Origin: the human T2T-CHM13v2.0 reference genome, Homo sapiens
Strand: one strand, 5' to 3'
DNA: 64,000 bases
Assembly: GCF_009914755.1 (NCBI RefSeq)
Contig: NC_060943.1
Made by a program: the position numbers and the translations under genes. Under the pieces are notes generated by a model that saw nothing but the letters and a program-made list of their open reading frames with translations, made no database searches and had not been told where the DNA came from. Shown one piece after another: positions 42,779-64,000 of the stretch. Every line of letters begins with the position of its first letter. The first letter of the stretch is position 1.

Positions 42779-44539
42779 TAATAAATACTCTGAGCGCTCC
42801 CAGCAACCTTGTAAGGTATCTGCTGTCATCCCCGCTCTGCAGGTGGGGAAGCTGAGCCTCAGACTAGGGGGCAGGATTTGAACATAAGCCCCACAACTAG
42901 GAACCAGCTAAGCTAGAACTTGAAACCAGGTCACTGTGACTGCAGACCCCAGGTCCTAGCCATTGCACTAGGAAGATTATTCAGAAAGTTCAGGAGAAAA
43001 AGTGGTAGGGCCTGAGCTAAGGTGGTGGCCAGGGAGCCAGACTTTTGGGGCCTAAGAAATGAATGTGAGAGAGAAGATTCTAGAATTCCAGACAGGAAGC
43101 ACATTGGGCCTTAATAAAGATCATTAGCACTTAGTGAGTACCTGCTTTCTCTGCTGGGTGCTGTTCTAAATTTCTTTCCAATATGATCTTATTGACCCCC
43201 TCCCCATCCACATAAGGTTGTGAGGTAGGGATTATCACCCTCTTTTTCCCACAGCTTGGAGAGGGGAAGCCATTTGCCCAACAGAAGCTGATAGTGGCTA
43301 AAATATTGAGCATGCAGTGTTTCAAGGTCCATGTTCTGTTTTTTGTTTGTTTGTTTGTTTTAGACATAGCCTTGCTCTGTCACACAGGCTGGAGTGCAAT
43401 GGCATGCTTACAGCTCACTGCAGCTCAACCTCCTGGGCTCAAGTGATCCTCCTGCCTCAGCCTCCTAAGTAGCTGGGACTACAGGCACATACCACCAAGC
43501 CTGGCTGATTTTTTAATTTGTTGTAGAGACAGTGTTTCACAATGTTACCCAGGCTAGTCTCAAACTCCTGGACTCAAGTGATCCTCTTGCCTGGGCCTCT
43601 CAAACTGCTGGATTTACAGGCTTGAGCCACTGCTGTGCCCAGCTGGGGTTCACATTAAACCCTCTGCATGCCACATGAACTTGTGGATGACTCCCAGGCA
43701 CCTTATGTAGGAAGCACTATTTCTGTCCCCGTTAGCTAAAGACACTGAGACCCTGAAAGGTTGCTTGCTGGAGCCACCTGGCCTGAAAATGTTACAGGTG
43801 TGATTCAAACTCTGCCCTATTTAAGACCTGTGCTTAATACATGTTTGTTGACTGACCAACTGATGATGGGGATGGTGGTGTTGTCCAGTGAAAAGTGGGA
43901 CATCCAGGGCTCCAGAAACCCAGTTTCTGCCACTAATAGGCTGTTTGGCTTTGAGTTGCTAAGAGTCTCAGTCCCTTTCCTGGGACCCTTGGGGCAGGGA
44001 GGGAACCCCTTCGTAGAACACCCCGCTCTGAGAAACACGGAAGATGCATTATGTGATTTCACACTCAGAACACTTCTAGGTGATGGGTTAAAAGCCGCAT
44101 TTTCCAGGGCTGGAAACTGAGGTTTAGAGAGGACACATCCTTCATTCAAATTCACACACAGCTCAAAAATGCTGCATCTGAATTTGAACACTGGATGGCT
44201 TCAAAGTCTGAGTGATGAGCCTGAGAGTTTGAGGCTGCAGTGAGCCAGGATCGTGCCACTACACTCCAGCCTGGGCGACAGAGCCAGACTCTGTCCCACC
44301 CGCCCCCGTCCAAAAAATTCCGAGTTAGCCTAGGGCTCCCAGGTAGGATGAGTGATGTAAGAGTCTCCAGACCCATATCTGGCGTGTGTTGCATGGGCCC
44401 CGCCTCGGCCTGGCTGGTTTTTATCCATGATCTCCCCTAATCCCCACAGCCTTTGTAATGAGGTGGGGAGTGTCGCCCTCGGTTTCCCAAGGAGGAAACT
44501 GAGACTATGGGGAAAGTCACCAGGCTGAGGGGAGCGGGG

Positions 44540-45050
44540 GGGCAGGTCTGTCTTCAGAGCCCCGAGGGCTGGAGCAGCCATTCCTGACCCTTCCAGGAGG
44601 GCTTCCCCAGCTGTCTCCCACCCTGTGGGGGTGCACCAGCCTTTGTTCTTCCCCCCAGCCTTGTTGACCAGCTCAGGTTTCCGTTCCCAGGGTGTCGCCC
44701 TGGAAACAAGGTGTGGCTGGCAGGAGGGGCCAGGGTGGGAGGGTGGCGTGGGGAGTGGGTTCCTCCGCCAGCCAGGAGTGGGGGCCGGGGCGCCGGCAGC
44801 CATGAGATACCCTCCCAGGGAATGTGGTCCGGCCGCCCCACCCTCTGAGAGCTGGGGGGAGCTCCCGGAGCAGCCCTTTCAGGCAGGGAGGGCAGACACC
44901 CAGCAAACCGGTTGTTCTGCTCCTGGCTGGCCACCCAGGCCACCCACCCTCCCACCGTTAGAAGGTTGGCACCTGGGACCAGGCAGCCTGTGGTGGCCAC
45001 ACCCTACTGTGCTTGAGAAGCTCAAGCTCCCTGGGAGCTTAAAACAGTTC
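44540..45050. promoter_or_regulatory. GC-rich candidate intronic enhancer with GRHL motif
   Basis: Non-repetitive GC-rich patch. AACCGGTT at 44906-44913; GGGTGGG/GGCGTGGG KLF-type motifs at ~44733-44760. Confidence 0.4.
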
Positions 45051-45054
45051 TGCT

Positions 45055-49012
<3,958 letters not shown>

Positions 49013-50052
49013 TCTTTGTTCCCTCTTTCTCCGAACAATATTGGTTGGGTGTGGGGCTTTTACGAACATTTCCCTTGAGACAGTAATTCCCAGAGTGTTC
49101 ATTCATTTATTCAACATTTATCGTTGAATTGTAGATCTGATCTCCATTGTCACGGGGTAAATGTAGCCCCTTAGACAGATGGCAGGTCAAGGCAGTTGTG
49201 TACAGCTGAGCAGGTTGTACACTGAACAAGGGTATCCATCCAAGGGGCTGCCATTCATACCATGACAACATAGATCAGTCCTGGCAGAATTACATGATTA
49301 ACATCTATTATAGATATAATGCCCTTATTATATATTTGCTATATATCATCTATTTTCATAGATATTTAGTATTTTTTGTTTATATCTATTAAACATTTAA
49401 AAATTATATCTATTTACATCATATAACATATAATAGGCCAGGGGCGGTGGCTCACACCTGTAATCCCAGCACTTTGGGAGGCCAAGGCAGGAGAATTGCT
49501 TGAGTTCAGGAGCTCAAGACCAGCCTGGGCAACATAACAAGACCCTGTCTCTACAAAAAAATTTAACAAGTTTTTGTTAAAAAAGGAAAAACCCCATGTA
49601 ATAGTACACAACATTCAGACCCTTCGATCATGGCTTCGAAACCCATCGGTGCCGCTCGCCATTTCCGTCCCGCACCCCAGCCTCACCCACCTTCCTGTCT
49701 GTCAAACATCCCTAAGTCAGTCCTACCTCAGGGCCTGAATATGAATATATTATACTTATTGAATATGCATATTAAATATGAGCAAATTATTAAATTTATA
49801 TATTTGATTAAATAGTATAATATTGTGAATATATTATGCTTATTTAATATGCATATTCAATAAGTATTTTATTTTATTATACTTTATTTTTATTATACTT
49901 CATTTTTATTTTATTATACTTTATATTTATTTTATTATTATATAAATGTAATGTTGATTTAATAAATTATACCTATTAATATGCATATTCAATAAGTATA
50001 ATGTGTTAAATTAAATAGTATAACATATTAAATTAAATGGTATATTAAATAG

Positions 50053-50382
<330 letters not shown>

Positions 50383-50977
50383 TAATATGCATATTAAATG
50401 GGAGTATCAAATGGGAATACTGAAGTCTCCAGGTAGAATAGTGGATTCATCTATTTCTCCTGGCAGGTCTATCAGTTTCTGCTGGATTAATTCATTTAAC
50501 CTCGTAGCAAATCTATGAAATAGGTTATCTCCTTGTCCCTGATTTCTGGGTGGGGAAACTGAGGCACAGAGCAAAACAGTCATGGTCACACTGGTGGGTG
50601 TATGCTGAGGTGGGATTCGAACCCAGGGCCCCTGACCACCGCCTCCCTGTATGTCACACTGTGTGTTATATTTCCTCCTGTGCCGTGCACTGTGCTGAGT
50701 GCATTTTGAGCATTCTGAGTTCTGACTACAGCCCTGGGAGATGGCAGCTGTTTTGAGCCCCATTTTTCAGATGGGAAAACAGAGGCACAAAGCAACTCAG
50801 AGACTGGCCCAAGGTCACGCAGCAAGTCAGAGAGGCAGCCGGGCGGTGAACCTGTGTGCATATAGTCCCCCATACCAGGCTGCCAAGTCTGAGGTCCTAC
50901 TGGACGCAGCTTACTCCCTGGCTTGAAGACACCCAGAGGATGCCTGTCCTGCTTAAAAAAACATTCAGACCCTTTGA

Positions 50978-51121
<144 letters not shown>

Positions 51122-51484
51122 TAGCTGGGGATTATAGGTGGCGCCACCATGCCTGGCTAATTTTTGTATTTTTAGTAGAGATGGGGTTTCACCATGTTGC
51201 CCAGGCTGGTCTTGAACTCCTGACTTCGGGTGATCTGCTGGCCTCGGCCTCCCAAAGTGCTGGGATTACAGGTATGAGCCACTGTGTCCAGCCTAATCGC
51301 TGCTTTAAAACCCATCCCACCACTCGCCATCTCTGCCCTATCCCCCAACCTCACTGGCCTTTCTGTCTCTCAAACATTTCTAACTCAGAGCCTTTCCCCT
51401 GGCTGTGCCCTCTGCCTGAAATGCCACCTCCACTGAGAAGCCTTCCCTGCTCCTTCCCCCAAGTCAATTCTTATTACCTAACAC

Positions 51485-51712
51485 CAGGGTTTTGGAATCC
51501 TGGCTCTACTGACATTTGGGGCTGGATGATTCTTTGTCGTGGGAGGCTGTCCTGGTCATTGTAGGATGTTTAGTAGCACCCCGGCCTCTACCCACTCAGT
51601 GCCCATGGAGCTCTCCTCTCTCAGGGTAATAACCAAAAATGTCTCCCAGACATTGCCAGGTGTCTCCTGGCGGGAATGGAGGACATAATTACCCCCGTTT
51701 AAGAACCACTGC
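51485..51712. mobile_element. MER20-like DNA transposon relic
   Basis: ctactgacatttggggctggatgattctttgtcgtgggaggctgtcctggtcattgtaggatgtttag...cagacattgcc...aagaaccactg. Confidence 0.75.
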
Positions 51713-51850
51713 TTCGGCCGGGTGCAGTGGCTCATACCTGTAATCCCAGCACTTTGGGAGGCCGAGGCCGGTGGATCACGAGGTCAGGAGATCGAGACCA
51801 TCCTGGCTAACACAGTGAAACCCTGTCTCTACTTAAAATACAAAAAATTA

Positions 51851-51994
<144 letters not shown>

Positions 51995-52599
51995 TCAAAA
52001 AAAAAAAAAAAAAAAAAGAACCACTGCTTTATTCTAGTACTGATTCAATTTTCTTCCCAGTGCTGATCGGTATTTGATTGTAGGTTTCTGTCCCCTACAT
52101 CTTAAGTGGAAGCTCTGTAGGGGCACACACCCTGCCAGTTCCCCACTCCCCTCCATGCCTGGCGCTCAGTAGGTGGTCAGCATGTGATTGTGGAATGGCT
52201 GTGTTAGGCCCAGGGCAGGCGCTGGGGTAGACATCTTATATTACAGGACCTCGCTTCTGTCTTTGAATCTCACATGCCCAGCATGAGGCAGCACACAGTA
52301 GGGTCTCACGTTGAGGTCGTTGAATGAATCATATTCTCTTCAGTTGAGGGAGGCTGTCTCCATTTTACGGGTGAGGAAACCAAGGCTCAGAGAGGGACAG
52401 CTGCTTTCCCAGGGTCACACAGCGAGCAGGGGGCTGAGCTGGGTGGGGAATTAGAATCCAGGATTGTTACACATCAAGACCCAAGCTTTTCCTTACTCCC
52501 TGGGAATAATTTTTAAAATGCAGCGGCCAGTGTAAGGGACCAGAGGGCCCTGCTAGAGACTCTCTCAGATGACATATTCCCCCACTCTGTCCCCTACAG

Positions 52600-52627
52600 A
52601 TCGTGAGGACCAGTCCATTCTCTGCAC
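52600..52627 (+). CDS. MYH14: MYH14 exon 4 (28-nt exon)
   Basis: cag|ATCGTGAGGACCAGTCCATTCTCTGCAC|gtgagt = (D)REDQSILC(T). Phases match both neighbours. Confidence 0.96.
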
Positions 52628-52635
52628 GTGAGTAA

Positions 52636-52989
<354 letters not shown>

Positions 52990-53670
52990 TGAGCACCTAC
53001 TGTGTGCCTGGGGTGGGGCTGGAAGCAGAGTCAGGGGGACACAGAGGTGTGAGGGTCAGTCTTGGTCTCACTGGCTCTCGGAATGGCTCCTAGTACTTAG
53101 TAGGTGCTTTCTTTTCTGAGCACCTACTGTGTCAAGCCTGATTTTAGGTGATCATGATGCCTGGGTTTGTCGTCTAAGTGAATGTTATATGGTGCCCTCC
53201 ACTGTTCCAAGCCCTGTTCTCACACTGCCTTACTTACCCCTCGGGTGGGGTGGGTGCTGTTTTCCTGCACTGAAGACGGAGAGCCCAGGCATGGGAGGGG
53301 TGAGTCAGTTGTTGGTCATGCACCGAGGAAGAGGTACAGTGAGGCCGGGCACAGTGGCTCATGCCTGTAATCCCAGCACTTTGGGAGGCCGAGGCAGGAG
53401 GATCGCTTGAGCCCAGGAATTCAAGACCAGCCTGGGTAATATAGTGGGACCCCATCGCTACAAAAAACATTTTTGAATAAAGGAGGTAGAGTGGGATTCA
53501 AACCCAGGAGTGTGGTCCTCCAGGCCACCCTACTCCACATGCCCGGTTTCCCCAGTCCCCCTTCCCCCACCCCCCATGCCACCACCTGAGATCACTGGTT
53601 CACCTGTGTGTCTGTCCACGTTCCATGTGCTGTGTCCTGGTCCGTGTCTCGTGTCCCGTGACTTCCTCAG

Positions 53671-53694
53671 GCCTCCGTCAGCACCGTGTCTTAT
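53671..53694 (+). CDS. MYH14: MYH14 alternative exon 6 (C1 insert, 8 aa in loop 1)
   Basis: acttcctcag|GCCTCCGTCAGCACCGTGTCTTAT|gtgagt = ASVSTVSY. Symmetric phase-0 24-nt cassette between exons 5 and 7, matching the known NMHC II-C1 insert. Confidence 0.93.
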
Positions 53695-54831
53695 GTGAGT
53701 AGCAGGGGATCACCTCGAGTCTTGCTGCCCCTAATGCCTTCCCGGCCACCCAATGCATGATCTTCTTGGTAGACAGGGCCCAAGGCAGCAGTGGTCCCAC
53801 CTGCCAGGGACCCCTCTGCCCCACCACTGCTATTCATGGCGGCCCTGCTGTGTGAGTGTGTGCAGATGGGCCACAGACACCAACATGAAACAATCCAGAG
53901 AACAAAACTGCCACTTACTGCTGATCTACTAAATGTGTCCAGCCAGGGCCCACAGATGCTGCGTGCACACAACCAGAGTGAACAGTGTAGCAAGGGAAAT
54001 ACACGCATGTCCCATGTTCTTCTGTGTGCCAAGTCATGTGCCCTTCACTTTGTGTATCTTTTCATTTGACAAAGCATCCACCTAGCTAGATCATTTCATC
54101 TTAACACAAGCAAGACATGGACTGAGAGAAGACATAAACAGGCTGCCATTTATGAAGCACCTACTGTGTGCCAGGCTCTGACACCAAGGGGGCTGGAGGG
54201 AAGTTTGGAGTAGAGTTCCTGCCAAGGAGTAGCCTGGTGGGGCTAGGAACCCACTATTTTTTGAAGGCCTATTATATGCCAGACTGCTTGAAGCACTTTA
54301 CATAGGTGGTACAGATTTTTGCCTTACTTAAAAATTCTAGGCTGGGTTTGGTGGCTCAGGTCTATAATCCCAGCACTTTGGAAGGCTGAAGTGGGAGGAT
54401 TGCTTGAGGCCAGGAGTTCAAGACCAGGCTAGGCAAAAGAGTGAGACCCCATCTCTACTAAAAATTTTAAAAAGTAGCTGGGCATGGTGGTGCTTGCCTG
54501 TAGTCCCAGCTACTCAGGAGGCTGAGGTGAGAGGATTCCTTGAGCCCAGGAATTTGAGGCTGCTATGAGTTATGACCATGCCACTGCACTCCAGAATTTC
54601 TACAAGCAACACATGAGTACATATTCATTGTAACAACAACAAATCAGATGAAATGAAATTCCTGTTTCCTCCCCTCAGTCCCCTTCCTTGGAGTGCCTTA
54701 CACTGTTGACAGTTTGGTGTGCATCCTTGCAGACCTTTCTCCATATGTTTACAAACATGTATATATCTGTAGATTTAAGAGTCCTGTTTTGTGGCGTTTC
54801 TTCCTTAATTCATTTCTTATTAATGGGATAA

Positions 54832-56165
<1,334 letters not shown>

Positions 56166-56419
56166 CGTGCCTAGTTCCAAGGGAGGAGCAGCTGGGGACC
56201 AGGGGGCTGGGGAAAGAAGTCCAAGGGGCCCGGACCTTGAATTCCCAAGGAGCCCCCCGATGGGGACTCACCACAGGATGGGGTTCAGGTAGAGGGAGCA
56301 AGGAAGTGGGGGGGCAGCCGCAGCTCTGGGAGCAGTGGGTGTGGGGTTTGGGCTGTTGTTCACGTGTGAGTGGGGAAGGGGACCCTCTGCTGAAGCCCAC
56401 CCACTTTGGTCTCTCCCAG

Positions 56420-56483
56420 GGCAAATTCATCCGCATCAACTTTGATGTTGCCGGGTACATCGTGGGCGCCAACATTGAGACCT
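56420..56483 (+). CDS. MYH14: MYH14 exon 8
   Basis: cag|GGCAAATTC... = GKFIRINFDVAGYIVGANIET(Y). Donor T|gtatcctct (U12-type); 64 nt. Confidence 0.97.
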
Positions 56484-60041
<3,558 letters not shown>

Positions 60042-60140
60042 ACCTGCTGGAGAAGTCGCGGGCCATCCGCCAGGCCAAGGACGAGTGCAGCTTCCACATC
60101 TTCTACCAGCTGCTGGGGGGCGCTGGAGAGCAGCTCAAAG
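60042..60140 (+). CDS. MYH14: MYH14 exon 9
   Basis: cag|ACCTGCTGGAGAAG... = (Y)[32 protein letters not shown]. Donor G|gtcagt; 99 nt. Confidence 0.97.
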
Positions 60141-61400
60141 GTCAGTGCCGCCCCGTCCTACCCTGCTCACCCGGGAGAGGGTGGGCACCATGTCTCTCGG
60201 GGGCCCCTTCTGGGGAGGAAGCAAGAGTGGGGGGCTCTAATATCCGTCAAACACCGACTTCGCATGAGGCTCCCGCAGCCCCTGCTCTCGCTGCGTAGTG
60301 GCGTCTGTCGCACGGTGGGTTCTGCTGCGCTCTGGTTCCAGCTCTGTCCCGGGTCTGGCTCGCGCCCGCTGTCACGGCCACGCAGCCCCCGCCGCCTGGT
60401 GGCTCCTGCTCACGCTCGCTTCCGAAGCTCCGTGGCTTCTCTCTCGCGCGGCTTCTCCTCACTCCGGCGGGTGACTCCGGCTTTGCTGAGGCTCCTCCTG
60501 GTTCCTGACGACGCTGGTTTGTGTTGCTTCTCGGCTCGTGCTGCCTCGTGCTCCCCTCTGCTCTGGCTCCTAGGCCACGGCTCTTGCCGGAGTCCTCCTG
60601 TCCCTGCTCCCTGTTCCTCCTGCCCTCTGGCTGCCCAAGCGCCCTTGGCTCCTGTTTGCAGTGGCTGGCACTGCCCTGTAGCTCCCTCTGCTCCTGGCTC
60701 CTTCCTCCTGGTGGCTCAGGCCGCTTCCTGGCTCCTGCGGCCACATAGCCCCTCCTCATCCAGGTTCCCACTCACTGTGGCCTTTGAGACCGCATGTCCT
60801 TGGGCGCCGGCCCCTGCCATCCCATGGCCTGTGCTGACTTGGGCCTGCAGCCCCACTGCTTCTGCCAACCAGTGGCCCCTGCCTGCTCTGGGCACTTCTA
60901 GAGACTCAAAAGTCCCTGCGGAGGGAGCAAAGAGGAGTGGTATACACTGCGTGGGGACTCATGCCTGCAATCCCAGTACTTTGGGAGGGTGAGGCAGGAG
61001 GATTGCTTGAGCCCAGGAATTTGAGTCCAGCCTGGGCAGCATAGTGAGACCCCCATCTCTGTAAATAATAACAATAATAATAAGCTGGGCATGGTGGCAC
61101 ACAGCTGTAGTCCCAGCTATGTGGGAGGCTGAGGTGGGAGGATTGCTTGAGCCCAGGAGTTTGAGGCTGTGGTGAGCCATGATTGCATCACTGCACTGCA
61201 GCCTGGGCAACAGAGCAAGACCCTGTCTCTAAAAAATTAAAAAAAAAAAATAGAGACAGAGTGGTGGTCTCATAGGTGCTAAACGCCCACTCCACCCCCG
61301 ACCCTTCCCACCACACTTGTGAGTAAAGGCCCCCACCCACTTGACAGTGAGGATATGGCATGTCCTGGGATTGCCACCGATGAATCCAGGATGAGTCTGA

Positions 61401-61592
<192 letters not shown>

Positions 61593-61819
61593 TGAGCCCC
61601 GTGGAGGCCAGGGGTAGGGGGGAACCCCACGGAGAGCTGGGGACCTGGCCATTCATGCCCCGATCTCTTTGAGCAAGTGTTTATTGAGCACCTACTGGGT
61701 GCAGGCACCGGGGCCAGAGCAGGGAATGAGGCTCACAGACATCTCTGCCTTGAGGAAGCTGACAAAATGAGAGCCCCCAACCAAGTCAATAAGGAATCAC
61801 ATGGCCTGTTAGTAGACTA

Positions 61820-62185
<366 letters not shown>

Positions 62186-62642
62186 TTAAGCAGGGGCTCA
62201 GGGGAGGGTGGACTGAGATGGGGATGTTTGAACGAAGTCCTGAGGAAGTGAGGGAATGAGCACTGGAGATGTGGGGGAAGAGCATTCCTGGCAGAGGGAA
62301 CAGCCTGTGCAAAGGCCCTGAGGCAGGAAAGGGGTGGCATATTTGAGGGATTGACACTTCTGGTGGTGGAGCTGCAGAGGGGTGGGGAGTCTCAAACGCC
62401 AGCCTAGGAGGTTGGGACTTTGTCCTGGGGTGCTGGGGAGCTGTGGGAGGGCTGGGAGCAGGGGTTGGACAAATTCAGCTCTGGGAGCAAGAAGACCCCT
62501 TGGGGGCCGTGTGAGAGACACACTGGAGTGGGTGGTGCTGAGACCAGAAGGAGGCTGCTGAGGCTCTAGGGAAGGCTCAGGACGCTGTCCCAGGGCTGCT
62601 CAGGTTGGCCCAGGCTGCGCGGCACTGGTTATTTGGTGTTAA

Positions 62643-63020
<378 letters not shown>

Positions 63021-63039
63021 TGACAGCAGCTCTGTCTCA

Positions 63040-63785
<746 letters not shown>

Positions 63786-64000
63786 AGTACGTAGGTGGAC
63801 CTCCGCCTTTTCAGAGGCTGCGTAATGTTTCATTGTTTGCGTGAACTATGATTCTTTTAACCAAGCCCTCCAAAGAAAGACCTTTAGGTGTTTCTGGGCT
63901 GAGCCAGGGCCGCCTCTGGGTCTGATTGTCTTCTGGTCTCTGGCGCTGTGGGAGGCCCCAGGAGCTATTGTTGGCTCCAGGGCCGGATTGGAAGTGCTGG

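Overview
Human (primate) genomic DNA, extremely Alu-dense, containing the 5' part of MYH14 (non-muscle myosin heavy chain IIC, 19q13.3) on the + strand. About 32 kb of repeat-rich upstream sequence is followed by a CpG-island promoter and a short non-coding exon 1 (ending 33186). Nine coding exons follow (39883-61587, 1114 nt, ~371 codons of the motor domain, including the P-loop GESGAGKT and switch-1 NDNSSRFG); the gene continues beyond the window. Notable items: the 24-nt alternative C1 microexon (ASVSTVSY) with a downstream RBFOX motif; a GT-AG U12-type (minor spliceosome) intron at 56484-60041; a ~23-copy 37-bp MSR1 minisatellite with an internal 297-bp higher-order duplication; a candidate upstream first exon whose splice would extend the N-terminus in frame; a second CpG island with a CAGGTG E-box cluster; and several unusual retrotransposon insertion structures. 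I found no prokaryotic-type system and no convincing novel protein-coding gene. Most long ORFs in the track are Alu or simple-repeat artefacts. Repeat subfamily calls and boundaries are by eye and approximate.
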